From a virus: 64,000 nucleotides of DNA. The notes below the pieces were generated by a model. That model worked only from the letters and a program-made list of their open reading frames with translations. It made no database searches and was not told the DNA's origin. Each line of letters starts with the position of its first letter. Within the stretch, counting starts at the first letter, position 1. Positions 10,407 to 21,035 of this stretch are shown one piece after another. The position numbers were made by a program, and so were the translations under genes. Where the stretch lies: IMG/VR virus record IMGVR_UViG_3300024513_000016, positions 48,243-112,242 of that record. The stretch is one strand, 5' to 3'.

Positions 10407-12913
10407 ACGCAGTCAACAACCGTAAGTATTCCAACTTGATTAATAATAACTCTTGGGAGAATTGATAGTTGAGGCAGATATTCCAGAACTGGATATAAAT
10501 CTGCACCTTCACCATTTTGACTATTTATAATCGCATTAGGAAGTGCATCAAAAATATTAGCACAAGTAATAGATTGAATTCCAACAATAGATCCATTAGG
10601 AGTAACAATAGGGGTAAATGTACAAAGACCTACTTGAATGACATCCCCTGTCGAATATCCAATTCCAGGATTTTCTACGACAATTGATGTTATAATTCCA
10701 ACAATATCAGTTCCAACTCCAGGTCCAGGTGGTATGACATTATCAAATATTTCTTTTGGAAATGTTCCAACTCCAGTTGAAACTGGAGTTCCAGGTGGAG
10801 TTTGAATAGGATCGTCCGGAATTGGAGTAAGTATTGGAGATAGTCTATTTGATATGTTTACTATGGTCCTTGCTACAATAACACCAGAGGTATCTTGTAA
10901 ATCAAAGAACATCTGTTCTACAGATTCTTGTATACTATCTTGACGTATTTTAACTTTAACTTGTGCAGTATTTGATTTTATTGTCACACTTCCATTCATA
11001 CTTCCTTCTATATCATTAGAAGTAATATCTCCACCCAACATATAAGATAAAGATGTATTATCTTTAACATTTTGAGTAAAAATAGTATAAGTTACAGTTT
11101 CACCTTCAAAAAAAGTATATCTATCTGCAGTAACCAAATATGAAGGAATATCAAACTCTGAACTTAAATCTGGTGGACAATATCCTGTTCCAGATCGAGT
11201 TAGATATATTTGCGTAATTCTTCCTCTAGAAATAGATGCAGATGCTTTTGCACCAGAACCGTGATTTGTTTTATCTACTATTGAAATTCTAGGTGGTTTA
11301 CTGTATCCAAATCCAGAATTAATAATTTTTACAGAAATTATGCTTCCATCTTTTGAAACAATTGGAACTGCCTTTGCCCCAGATCCATCTCCAAATATTT
11401 CTATCTTAGGTGGAACACAATATGGATATACTTTTCCTGTATCAGTCAAATCATCTTGACCCTTTGGAGTTTTTACTTTTTTGGTACAATCTCTAAATAC
11501 AGAACCTTCATATCCATATAATGATAAAGAACCTAATGCATTATCAATATTATCATTTACACCTTTGAGGACATTCATATTCCCCAAAACATTATTCCAA
11601 TTATCAATCCCTGCTCGTTTAGGTCCAAACTTTAATGACCATTCAGATGGGGTTTTACATTTTAAACTATCACAACCAATAAAATTAAGAATTTGATTTG
11701 CAATTGAAGATACTTGAGATAAAATTCCTTTAATTTGAGATAATCCACCAAGTAACCAATCAAGTCCAGACATTACTGGTTCTAAAAGTTCTTCAATTTT
11801 ATCCATTAATTTAGAAAGAATTGCTGAAGTAAATTGTTCAGCAGCACAAAGTGGTGCATTGATAGCTCTACCTACCAATCCCTTAAGCATATCTAAAAGA
11901 AAATCTAAAAGCAAATCTATAAGTTTCTCAAAGATACAAAATATAATATTCATTATATTTTTAGTTGCTTCTGCAACTGGAGTATGTTGAGGTAAGGGTA
12001 AAACTAATGCAATAAATTTTCCAAACAAATCACCTACCAATTTCATTATGGTAGATCTAAAATTATTAATAATAAATTTAATTACTCCTGTAATTATTCT
12101 TGCAGTTCTTTTAATTTCATTAGTAATATCAATTATTGTATTTAAAACTGGATCTACATAAGCATCAATATATCCTTCCAATCCATTAACTATTGTAATA
12201 AAATCTTGAATTGCCCTTGTAATCTTTCCAATTATATTATTATCACAACCATTTTCTTTTGTAATGGTAATACTACCTACTTCTTTTTGAATTATATCAA
12301 GTTGTTTATCAACATAAAATATTTTATCCTTACCAGAGTTCCTATCCGAACCTAGATCTACAGAAATTGGATTTTCAATTTTACCACCAATAATAGTGGG
12401 AGGAGATTCTTCTTCTTTAGCATCTCCCTGTTTAGGGTCAACAGTTGGTTGTATTTTTGTCTGGCCTTGTGCAACTGTTGATCCTAATGTGGTATCATTT
12501 CCTTCAAATGGTTGAAATGCTATATCAGATTCAGGAAATGATTTTACATTTTTATCTCTATGAATTACTCCAATTACTACTGGTTGTTGGGAATCATCAC
12601 CATCTAGGAAAAATCCAAAAACAGTTTCTCCTCCAACTAATTTATGACTTTTACCTAATCCACCTTGAGCACTACCATCAGTAGCACCAAGCATTATTTG
12701 TGCCCAAGGTAGATCTTTATCTGGAAGTTCTTTTTTATTATAGGTATGATATCCAATTATTCTAACCTTACATCGATATGCCCAAGATCCACCAGTAACT
12801 ATATCAACCTTTTCTGGTATATCCCATACCTTTGCAGGAGCAACCTGACCTATCCACCAAATAAAACCATCTTTTCCAAGATAGTTACTTTTTAATAAAG
12901 CATCATCAATCAT
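10403..12913 (-). CDS. g5: Baseplate hub subunit gp5 (OB-fold N-terminus, no lysozyme domain)
   Basis: GKDGFIWWIGQV...RCKVRIIGYH...LPWA...GETVFGFFLDGDDSQQPVVIG signature. Confidence 0.85.
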   Translation of the reverse strand: MIDDALLKSNYLGKDGFIWWIGQVAPAKVWDIPEKVDIVTGGSWAYRCKVRIIGYHTYNKKELPDKDLPWAQIMLGATDGSAQGGLGKSHKLVGGETVFGFFLDGDDSQQPVVIGVIHRDKNVKSFPESDIAFQPFEGNDTTLGSTVAQGQTKIQPTVDPKQGDAKEEESPPTIIGGKIENPISVDLGSDRNSGKDKIFYVDKQLDIIQKEVGSITITKENGCDNNIIGKITRAIQDFITIVNGLEGYIDAYVDPVLNTIIDITNEIKRTARIITGVIKFIINNFRSTIMKLVGDLFGKFIALVLPLPQHTPVAEATKNIMNIIFCIFEKLIDLLLDFLLDMLKGLVGRAINAPLCAAEQFTSAILSKLMDKIEELLEPVMSGLDWLLGGLSQIKGILSQVSSIANQILNFIGCDSLKCKTPSEWSLKFGPKRAGIDNWNNVLGNMNVLKGVNDNIDNALGSLSLYGYEGSVFRDCTKKVKTPKGQDDLTDTGKVYPYCVPPKIEIFGDGSGAKAVPIVSKDGSIISVKIINSGFGYSKPPRISIVDKTNHGSGAKASASISRGRITQIYLTRSGTGYCPPDLSSEFDIPSYLVTADRYTFFEGETVTYTIFTQNVKDNTSLSYMLGGDITSNDIEGSMNGSVTIKSNTAQVKVKIRQDSIQESVEQMFFDLQDTSGVIVARTIVNISNRLSPILTPIPDDPIQTPPGTPVSTGVGTFPKEIFDNVIPPGPGVGTDIVGIITSIVVENPGIGYSTGDVIQVGLCTFTPIVTPNGSIVGIQSITCANIFDALPNAIINSQNGEGADLYPVLEYLPQLSILPRVIINQVGILTVVDCV

Positions 12914-13118
12914 CGTAAATTCTACATTCTAATGAATTTGGATTTTCGTCGCAGTATAATTCCAGTGGAGTTGGATCATGATCATCTTCTGGATGACGTT
13001 CACGATATCTTTCCAATGATTCCAATTCTTCTTCAGTATGACGACGTGACTGAGAAGAAATCATAGGATCATCAAGTATTTTTTTGTCGTTTTCAATGTG
13101 TTGATGGATGTTTTCCAT
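12906..13118 (-). CDS. cp12: CP12 Calvin-cycle inhibitor (auxiliary metabolic gene)
   Basis: C-terminal DPTPLELYCDENPNSLECRIYDD; start taken at MENIHQ. Confidence 0.92.
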   Translation of the reverse strand: MENIHQHIENDKKILDDPMISSQSRRHTEEELESLERYRERHPEDDHDPTPLELYCDENPNSLECRIYDD

Positions 13119-13119
13119 T

Positions 13120-14466
13120 TTAGTACTGTACGTTAGTTGAACTATAGAGACCATAACTGTCTCTTATTAATCTTAAACTAGTAATCATCTGTCCAGGTTC
13201 CATATGATGTCTCAATTCTTTAATTAAATAATTTCCACTTTGTTGAGGATCTGCCTCTTTTTTATCACTTCTATCAATCTTAGGAAATTCTGCATAAATG
13301 ATATCACCAGCTTTCAAAGTCACATTACAAGGAACTACCATATTTAGTGCTTGAGTAAACAAAAGATTGTAACGAGAAAATGATTTTGCCATATCTGCTT
13401 CATCCCTCATATTTGTTTTATCATCAATCTTCGAATCCCCTTCTATAGTATTATCCATAACTCCAATATCAGAGGTTCTTACCATTATTCTCGATACAGA
13501 TTCTCCAAATTCTTCAGATACTGCTATTGATGCATCTCCACTGAGAACATTGGCATTTCTTATTTCATCCTTTAACGTATATTTGTAAATATTTAATTTA
13601 TTTTTATAAAGATCATAAAAATATGTTTTACTAGAATACATACCTACTCTTAAATTTGTTAAAAGATTATTATTTTTTTCAAAACTATAATTTAATATTT
13701 TGTAATTATTTACTGGTTTGTTATGCTCAGTAACTTGAGTATAATAATATTTTTGAATATTTTCAGAATTAGAACTACCAGATTGAACTCTGGTATTTTT
13801 TACAAGACTGTCAATACTTCTAAAATTAAATCCATCTTTATTCTCATAAAATAAAAATCCTGCTATACCTTTACCTTCACTTGCAACTCCACTACCAGAT
13901 ACTCCTGTCGTTTTAGATGTAGTTGGTATAGATTTAGGACCTAACCAAGTTAAGATATGAAATGGTTTTTTCTGATTTCCAATAAAAGCATAACTATTCA
14001 AAGTTTTTTCTATATTCTCTGCTTTATATTTTTTAGTTTTTAAAATATCTTTTAAAATTGAAGTGACCGATTGGTCAATTGTTCCTCCATATCTTTTTAC
14101 ACATCTTACTGTCTCATTGGTAAGTGCTTCCCGAGAAACTAGATTCAGAGTAAACATTTCACTGGTACTATCTGGACTTATTCCACTAACTTTATACACA
14201 TACAGTGAATTTTCCCCATCAAATTCAAATTTTCCAAATCCAGTATCAACACTTAAAAATACCTTTTCACCACCACGTATTGGAAGTAAATTTACAAGTG
14301 ATGTACTATTCATCACTTGAATTGTCATAGTAATAGATGGTGATAAAATATCTTCAAAATAATCTAAAAACATGATGGAAGATGATCCTGCAAGATCAAC
14401 AGATTTAGATCCATCTAAAGATTGAATAACAAACCCATTCGGTTTTAGTGCGTTTACTGCTGACAT
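13120..14466 (-). CDS. Baseplate hub protein (gp27/GpD-like)
   Basis: YFEDILSP, GFLFYENKDGFNFRSIDSL, SGNYLIKELRH motifs; position upstream of gp5. Confidence 0.65.
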   Translation of the reverse strand: MSAVNALKPNGFVIQSLDGSKSVDLAGSSSIMFLDYFEDILSPSITMTIQVMNSTSLVNLLPIRGGEKVFLSVDTGFGKFEFDGENSLYVYKVSGISPDSTSEMFTLNLVSREALTNETVRCVKRYGGTIDQSVTSILKDILKTKKYKAENIEKTLNSYAFIGNQKKPFHILTWLGPKSIPTTSKTTGVSGSGVASEGKGIAGFLFYENKDGFNFRSIDSLVKNTRVQSGSSNSENIQKYYYTQVTEHNKPVNNYKILNYSFEKNNNLLTNLRVGMYSSKTYFYDLYKNKLNIYKYTLKDEIRNANVLSGDASIAVSEEFGESVSRIMVRTSDIGVMDNTIEGDSKIDDKTNMRDEADMAKSFSRYNLLFTQALNMVVPCNVTLKAGDIIYAEFPKIDRSDKKEADPQQSGNYLIKELRHHMEPGQMITSLRLIRDSYGLYSSTNVQY

Positions 14467-16178
14467 TATGCGAAAGATAAATTGGTTAAAAGAATTGTCT
14501 TAACTAAACTATTTACCACAGCACCTTCAGATGGTCCAGTGACTACTACCTGATTGCCATTACCTCCACCACCTGAAGGAATAATAATTGGTTTTTGAGA
14601 ACCACCACCCCCACCTCCAGATGCAATAATCATTGGTCTATCAATAATATAAGATTGCCCCTGAGAATAAGAAGGATAATATGCAACCATCTGAGGTTGA
14701 ATATTTTGGGAAATTGAATCTGGTGCAAGTGAAACCATAGATTCATATGCAGAACTAGATTGCATAGATGGAGGTTGAATTTTTGGAGATGTTTCTGCAG
14801 ATTTAATTGCAGATTCTTCATTTCCCGCAAAAGATGTTTTAACTTCACCAAGTTTCATTCCCACATCTGATGCTTTTCTTTCTGTAACTTTAACCGATCC
14901 ACCAAATCTAAAATAAGAAGATGCAACACCTTTGGGATTTACTGGTTTAGTTCCAGGTCCCCCAGGTCTATACTCAAAATGAACATGAGGTCCAGTAGAT
15001 CTTCCAGTGCTACCTTGATTACCAATGACAGTCCCTGGTGATATTCTTTGACCTTTTTTTACATTTACTCTACTTAAATGTCCATAAAAAGTTTCAGAAC
15101 CATTATCATGTTTTACTGCAACCCAATTTCCATATCCTGCTTCAGTACCAACATCTACAACTCCTGCCTGTAGAATGGAAACTGGTGCAGTTGGATTTGG
15201 ATGTGCAAAATCTGCACCATTATGCATTTTACCCCATCTCCACCCATACCCAGATGTAAAATGCTTTGATGGATCATCTCCACCTTCTGCAGTAGTTACT
15301 GCACCAACCTCTTCAGTTGAAGGTTGTTCATCAATATAAGAAGTATCTACCTCTCCAGTTGCATCTTCCATGGGAGGGGCACCATCTTCACCCATTAATG
15401 ATGCACCAAATCCACTCACAAATTTTTCAAATTTTGACACAACACTATCAAATCTCGAAACTACCTGATCAAATCCCGTAGTACTTTGAGCAGATAATTT
15501 TTGCTTTACTTCTTGTTCTTTTATTTTTTGCTCTGTTTTTTCTTTGAGAGATGTACCAGAAGTAAAATCCATTGCTCGATCTGCAGCATATCCACCTAAA
15601 AATCCACCAGCCATACTGCCAAGAACAAAACCTAGACCTGGTACAGGTATCAGTGCCTGACCTATGGCACCACCAAGCATAGACCCCGCAAGAGATCCTC
15701 CTGCCCCTGCTGCAGCCTTCCCTATACCTTCACCCTGTTGAAGTCCAGTGGCAAAGTCCAACCCCGCAAAAACAGCATTAGCAATTCCCAATGCTCGAAT
15801 TCCACCAAGTCTAATTCTACCACCTCTTATCGATGGTTTTCCACCTGGAGTTTTAGATTTAGGAGAACTTCCAACTTTCTCACCACGTCCAGGAAAAAAT
15901 CCTCTTACTAACCCACCAAGATCTAAAGCACCACTTAATAATGATCCCAAAAGGCCACCTGCATTTCCAAATGTATTAACGATATTAATATTTGCTAGTT
16001 GCCTTATTTTTTTCTCATCTGGTAATTTTATTCTTTCAATTTCAAATTTTCTAACTTCTAAGAAGTTCATAAATTGATTAAATTCCCCTTGAGCCTTAGG
16101 AAGTGCTCGATTGGAACGATTTCCAATAGATACAATATTATTTGCTGCAGTTGCTAATGGTGATGATAGTACTGCCAT
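14466..16178 (-). CDS. Virion protein with M23 peptidase domain
   Basis: HNGADF...YGHLS...GSTGRSTGPHVHFE M23 zinc motifs; Gly/Ala-rich helical segment. Confidence 0.85.
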   Translation of the reverse strand: MAVLSSPLATAANNIVSIGNRSNRALPKAQGEFNQFMNFLEVRKFEIERIKLPDEKKIRQLANINIVNTFGNAGGLLGSLLSGALDLGGLVRGFFPGRGEKVGSSPKSKTPGGKPSIRGGRIRLGGIRALGIANAVFAGLDFATGLQQGEGIGKAAAGAGGSLAGSMLGGAIGQALIPVPGLGFVLGSMAGGFLGGYAADRAMDFTSGTSLKEKTEQKIKEQEVKQKLSAQSTTGFDQVVSRFDSVVSKFEKFVSGFGASLMGEDGAPPMEDATGEVDTSYIDEQPSTEEVGAVTTAEGGDDPSKHFTSGYGWRWGKMHNGADFAHPNPTAPVSILQAGVVDVGTEAGYGNWVAVKHDNGSETFYGHLSRVNVKKGQRISPGTVIGNQGSTGRSTGPHVHFEYRPGGPGTKPVNPKGVASSYFRFGGSVKVTERKASDVGMKLGEVKTSFAGNEESAIKSAETSPKIQPPSMQSSSAYESMVSLAPDSISQNIQPQMVAYYPSYSQGQSYIIDRPMIIASGGGGGGSQKPIIIPSGGGGNGNQVVVTGPSEGAVVNSLVKTILLTNLSFA

Positions 16179-16179
16179 A

Positions 16180-18123
16180 TTATCCGTCCACTATATTGTA
16201 TACCATTCTAGAATACATGACAAAGAAATTATCAGGATTAGATGTAGGTAAAAATGGAACTTCAGGACCTGCATGTTGCTGGGGTGGTGGGGCAATTACT
16301 TCACCCGTAGATTGGGGTTGCTGCTGTGCTCCCATATTCATAATTTGTGGTGGCAATTGTATCATCTGAGGTGCCTGTTGTGCAGGTTGTGATATATCTT
16401 GCGATCTTGTTTGTGTTGCTTGTGTTTGTGTAGGTGCTGCAGATACTTGAGATTGTTGTGTTGGAGATGTAGCAACTGTTGGTGATTTTAATGATTTTGA
16501 ATAAGATCTTTGAATATCACTCAAAGATTTTACAGATTGTCCATAATAACTTTTACCACTTAAAGTTGGAAATGAAGCCCATACTGGGGCCAACTTATTA
16601 ACAACATTTGCAGATAATCCTTCTTTAGATAATAATTCTGGAGTAACTCCTTTTTCATAAGCTAACCATAAAGCAGCTTCATCTTGTTTTTGTGGAGTGA
16701 ATGGTTCATTTGGTTTCAATACTCCTTTATTGACAAGATCTTGTAAAGTATTAGGCATAAATTGATATCTTCCAGTAGCCCCACTCCATTTATGTTTACT
16801 TCCAGGTTTTCCAAAAGTATTTCCAAGATCAATAACATCTTTGACAGTCAATTTACCTTGTTCTAAATCTTTATTTACTTCACCTCCAGATACTGTTCCA
16901 TAACTTCCTTGAGTTCCTTCAGCAAAAGATATAGCATCTAACATAGCTTTTTGCTCTGGTGTTCCAGACATAGCTCCTGGACCACCAGAACCCGGTGGAG
17001 GTTCCCGACTAGGTGCTGCACCTCCTCCTCCACCACCAGATGTTGTAGAACCCTTTTTTTCACTCTTACTGATTAAATTTTCTACTGCATTTGAAAATCT
17101 ATCTATTATTGCAGATAAACTATCAATCATATTTGAAGGAAGCATTCCAGTAGAAGGAACTGCCTGAGCCTCTGAAAGTTTTCTTTCTTGGAATTCTTTT
17201 GCAGCAAACATTCCCGTAGCACCTAATCCAAGTCCACCTAAACCTATAGCACCCATTCTTAAAAGAGATGATCCCCTTCCCCTACCCACATTTCTTACAG
17301 AAGGTCCTGCAGATTGCTTCAATCTTCCACCGGGAACTCCAACATCAATATTCAATCCACCTGCATTAGGATTTGCTCTAGGTAAATTGGAAAGTTGATT
17401 TACAATTTTTATAATTGTTTGACGAAGTACTTTTGCAATATCAAAACTATTTTGAAATAACTTACGAAGTGCTTTTAAATTATCTTCTACTTTTTTTATA
17501 TTTTTTACGTTACCAAAGAAATTAACAAACCCTATAGCATTTCTATAAAGATCTAAAAACTTTCCTAAAATAGTAGAAGGTTTAGTATCATCTATGCCCT
17601 TTATTTTTTGTTGATAATCTTTTGAAAAATTACTTATAGTATTTGAAAGTACTTGTTGAGATTGTGCCTGAATATTTTGAACTACTTGCTGTATTTGTGT
17701 AACAGGTGTTACTGATTGTACGGGAGTCTTCGAAACATTATCCTGTAAACTAGAAATAGTTTTTGACAAATCTTTTTTAAGATTGTCTATGGTAGATTGA
17801 GTGTTTGAGATATTTTTATATAATTCATCTCTTAGAGAATTTATTTTTTTATCTACATCACTTAATATAAAATTTGTAGTATTTTTTATTGAATTATCTA
17901 CATTATTAACAATATTATTGGAAATACTACTAACCAGATTATTAATATCAGGTCTGACAGGAGATACTGGTTCTCTAGAAAAACCTACAATCTTATTTGC
18001 AGCAGATCCTACCACAGAAGATCCCAGAGGAGCAGTTTCACCAGTAAAAAATTTTTGAAATGCTTCTGGGTTTCTTTTCTGTTGCCCTATTATTTTTTGT
18101 GGACTTAGGACACTACTGACCAT
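16180..18123 (-). CDS. Virion protein with lambda-lysozyme-like (GH104/GH24) muramidase domain
   Basis: AMLDAISFAEGT...ATGRYQF...QDEAA...LAPVWASFP...YYGQ; long coiled coil. Confidence 0.8.
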   Translation of the reverse strand: MVSSVLSPQKIIGQQKRNPEAFQKFFTGETAPLGSSVVGSAANKIVGFSREPVSPVRPDINNLVSSISNNIVNNVDNSIKNTTNFILSDVDKKINSLRDELYKNISNTQSTIDNLKKDLSKTISSLQDNVSKTPVQSVTPVTQIQQVVQNIQAQSQQVLSNTISNFSKDYQQKIKGIDDTKPSTILGKFLDLYRNAIGFVNFFGNVKNIKKVEDNLKALRKLFQNSFDIAKVLRQTIIKIVNQLSNLPRANPNAGGLNIDVGVPGGRLKQSAGPSVRNVGRGRGSSLLRMGAIGLGGLGLGATGMFAAKEFQERKLSEAQAVPSTGMLPSNMIDSLSAIIDRFSNAVENLISKSEKKGSTTSGGGGGGAAPSREPPPGSGGPGAMSGTPEQKAMLDAISFAEGTQGSYGTVSGGEVNKDLEQGKLTVKDVIDLGNTFGKPGSKHKWSGATGRYQFMPNTLQDLVNKGVLKPNEPFTPQKQDEAALWLAYEKGVTPELLSKEGLSANVVNKLAPVWASFPTLSGKSYYGQSVKSLSDIQRSYSKSLKSPTVATSPTQQSQVSAAPTQTQATQTRSQDISQPAQQAPQMIQLPPQIMNMGAQQQPQSTGEVIAPPPQQHAGPEVPFLPTSNPDNFFVMYSRMVYNIVDG

Positions 18124-18295
18124 TTTGCTGCTGTTTTAATTTTTCTTCTTCAATATGCTGCTGTAGTAATGCTAAATAGATTTCCCTCTCATATGGAATC
18201 ATATTTTCCACCTCAGTCAAAGAGTATTTATGATACTGCATGAGTGCAAAATTAATTCGATAATAACTCTCCAACTCCATATACGACATCATCAA
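18113..18295 (-). CDS. g51: Baseplate hub assembly catalyst gp51
   Basis: YYRINFALMQYHKYSLTEVENMIPYEREIY; follows gp26. Confidence 0.85.
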   Translation of the reverse strand: MMMSYMELESYYRINFALMQYHKYSLTEVENMIPYEREIYLALLQQHIEEEKLKQQQNGQ

Positions 18296-19020
18296 CCGAA
18301 AAAACTTGTCAATCCCTCCAACTTAACAGTATTTTCAACTTTAGTTTTTGGATTAATGACTGTTATAGTATGAGATAAAACAGGCATAGTTTCAAAGAAT
18401 TTTTCAATTTCTTTGAATTGTTGAGTATTCATACTATCAATAAATTCAAAAAGTTCTTTTTTAGTGCAGTCTGATGCACTCCAAGAATCTTCTGAATTGA
18501 AAATAATATCAATACATGAAGCAATAATATCAAATGATTTTTCAATGTTTGAAGAACTTTGCTCTGAAGTAAAATCGAAATTGTTTTTAATGAATTGCTC
18601 TAAAGATGGATACTTCATTCTAAGAACTAGGTTATCATCTAGTTTAATATCTTTAGAATGTTCTGGAGATTTCTCCACCTTTATTTCATCAATGTATATT
18701 GTTACTGGAACTTGAGTTTCTCCATCATCACTACAAGTTATTATTAGATCTAAAGATTCACCTACAGATTTTCCTCTAACATTTAAGAAAATATATTCAA
18801 TGTCAAAGGTAGGAAGTTCTTCTACTTTAATACCTTTAGTAATAATACATTCTTTTAAAATTTGTTTTATAGCATTAGTAATTTGTTTATTATCTCTACT
18901 TTCTAATGCAAGAAGTAATATTTTTTCTTCTTTAACTAAAAATGGTCTATATTTAATTGTTTTTTCAGTTGATGGCAAAATCAACTCAAATATTGGAGTA
19001 CTAATCTTAGGTAATGGCAT
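18292..19020 (-). CDS. g26: Baseplate hub subunit gp26
   Basis: MPLPKI...YRPFLVKEEKILL...FDIEYIFLNVRGKSVGE. Confidence 0.88.
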   Translation of the reverse strand: MPLPKISTPIFELILPSTEKTIKYRPFLVKEEKILLLALESRDNKQITNAIKQILKECIITKGIKVEELPTFDIEYIFLNVRGKSVGESLDLIITCSDDGETQVPVTIYIDEIKVEKSPEHSKDIKLDDNLVLRMKYPSLEQFIKNNFDFTSEQSSSNIEKSFDIIASCIDIIFNSEDSWSASDCTKKELFEFIDSMNTQQFKEIEKFFETMPVLSHTITVINPKTKVENTVKLEGLTSFFG

Positions 19021-19058
19021 ACTTTACAATAATAAGTAATGATATTTATTTCTTTTAT

Positions 19059-19829
19059 TCAAAGTAAATCGTCAGTTCCTTTATTGTATTCGATAACATA
19101 TCTATTGTAATCGAAAGTAACTGTTGTTTTTGTGATTGTACTTCCTTCATATGTAACTGGAATAGCAGTAATATTTGTAGGGAAAGCTTCAATCATTCTA
19201 TAAGTTAATGATGGAACATTGCCAAGTTGATTAGAAACATTAGTAAGATTTCCTGGATTTTTTAAAAAGTTTCTTTCAAATTTTACTATAGATATAGTTC
19301 TTTTATATGTGTTTGGATATCTAAATCTGAAAAAATCTGTTCTATCTTTTGCATCACCTTGACCACTTCGAGTTCCAGGATAAACACCATTTTTACCATA
19401 AATTGGATTGATATAATTCATCCATTCTTCAAATAATCTCAACATTCTATAGTCTTTATCAACATAAAAAGTCATGGTAAATGGAGCATAAACTCTTCTA
19501 TTTGGAAACCTTTCCAAAACTCCCTGACGACTTCCTATTTCTTCAATGGTATCAAAAGTTGCACCAGGTAATGCAGCATCAGAACAATAAAAATTATAGT
19601 ACTCATTTATTTCTGCATTATCAGTCAATCCAACTTGATTTAAATATTGACTTAAAAAGTCTCCAGCATTTGTCAAGTGTAAAGCAACTTTAAATTGACT
19701 TGTTACCGATAATGCACCAAAAATTTCTAATGCACCTGGAAGATTAACACTACCATCAGTTCTTCCAGTAGTTTGCTTTATGTATAATGGTCCTATATCT
19801 GGTTTACCTTTGCCTTGCTCCTGAGCCAT
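19059..19829 (-). CDS. g54: Baseplate tail-tube initiator, gp54-like
   Basis: CSDAALPG...TFYVD...FEEWMNYI...EAFP...VTFDY tube-fold motifs; synteny. Confidence 0.7.
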   Translation of the reverse strand: MAQEQGKGKPDIGPLYIKQTTGRTDGSVNLPGALEIFGALSVTSQFKVALHLTNAGDFLSQYLNQVGLTDNAEINEYYNFYCSDAALPGATFDTIEEIGSRQGVLERFPNRRVYAPFTMTFYVDKDYRMLRLFEEWMNYINPIYGKNGVYPGTRSGQGDAKDRTDFFRFRYPNTYKRTISIVKFERNFLKNPGNLTNVSNQLGNVPSLTYRMIEAFPTNITAIPVTYEGSTITKTTVTFDYNRYVIEYNKGTDDLL

Positions 19830-19830
19830 C

Positions 19831-19838
19831 TATAAATA
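19831..19838 (+). promoter_or_regulatory. T4-type late promoter
   Basis: TATAAATA. Confidence 0.7.
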
Positions 19839-19859
19839 CAATAAACCTTTTTAGTATTT

Positions 19860-19892
19860 ATGGTGCATAAGGAAGATCGGTCATATTTTTAA
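19860..19892 (+). pseudogene. Possible orphaned 5' end of gene 4 (MVHKEDRSYF*)
   Basis: ATG 22 nt after late promoter; stops just before the endonuclease cassette. Confidence 0.35.
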
Positions 19893-19901
19893 AAAGTTAG
19901 A

Positions 19902-19909
19902 TATAAATA
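19902..19909 (+). promoter_or_regulatory. Second T4-type late promoter, ahead of the endonuclease
   Basis: TATAAATA then GGGAG RBS. Confidence 0.7.
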
Positions 19910-19932
19910 TAAGGGAGATCCTACACAACAAT

Positions 19933-20592
19933 ATGTTTGTTTATCAAATAGTCAATAAAATCAATAATAAAAAATATATTGGCATAACATCTAGATCATT
20001 GAATAAAAGATTTAATGAACATAAAAAACAATTAAATTGTGGGATAGCATCAGCACTGGTAAAATACGGAGAAGAAAATTTTTATATAGAAAAACTAGAA
20101 GAATGTAAAAATTGGGAAGACTTGTTGGAAAAAGAAAAATTATGGATTAATAAAATAAATCCAGAATATAATAAAACTTTAGGTGGAGAAGGATTATTAG
20201 GATTTAAACATTCAAAAGAAACTAAAGAAAAAATAAGTTTAAAAAATAAAGGAAAACCTACTCCAGATCCAAATGGTGAAAGATTAAAAGAATATAGAGA
20301 ATTACATGGAAATTTTTGGGTTGGAAAAAAACATACGGAAGAATATAAAAAATTAAAATCTATAGATAGATTAAATTACTATAAAACAGAAAAAGGAATA
20401 AAACAAAAAGAACAAATATCAAAAACTTTAAAAGAAAAAGGAATAAAACCTCCCAATAATACTTTAGGAATAACAAAAGGGACATCCTGGTGGAATAATG
20501 GAAAAATTAATAAAAGATCAGTCGAAAGTCCAGGAGATGATTTTATGCCAGGAAGAATAAAAGGTAAATGGAAATGGAATAAAAAGAAATGA
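19933..20592 (+). mobile_element. Free-standing GIY-YIG homing endonuclease with NUMOD3 motifs (Seg-like)
   Basis: FVYQIVNKINNKKYIGIT...RFNEH...EYNKTLGGEG; HSKETKEKIS; WWNNG; very A-rich. Confidence 0.88.
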
Positions 20593-21035
20593 AAAATTAT
20601 ATTCAAGGAAGATATTCACCAAAACTACCAGAAAAATATAATGGAAATCCATGTGAAATATATTATAGAAGTTCATATGAACTCAAAATGTTTCAATATT
20701 GTGATTTAAATGAAAATATAATTTATTGGGAAAGTGAAGAAAAAATCATTCATTATCTTGATCCAATTACTGGAAAATATAAAAGATACTTTCCAGATAT
20801 ATTCATCAAATATAAAGATAAAACTGGAAATATAAGAAAAGCACTTATTGAAATAAAACCAGCTAAAGATTTAATAGAACCTGAAAAAAATCCAAAAAGA
20901 AAAACCAAATCATGGGTATATAAAGTTCAAACGTGGGTGAGGAACAATGCAAAATGGGAAGCAGCTAAAAAAACATGTGAGCAAAATGGTTGGGAATTTC
21001 GTGTATTTACTGAAAAAGAATTAGGAATAAAATAA
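20589..21035 (+). CDS. g4: Head completion nuclease gp4 (TnsA-like)
   Basis: KYNGNP..IYYRSSYE...WESEE...RYFPD...IEIKP...NNAKWEAA...TEKEL. Confidence 0.9.
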   Translation: MKNYIQGRYSPKLPEKYNGNPCEIYYRSSYELKMFQYCDLNENIIYWESEEKIIHYLDPITGKYKRYFPDIFIKYKDKTGNIRKALIEIKPAKDLIEPEKNPKRKTKSWVYKVQTWVRNNAKWEAAKKTCEQNGWEFRVFTEKELGIK

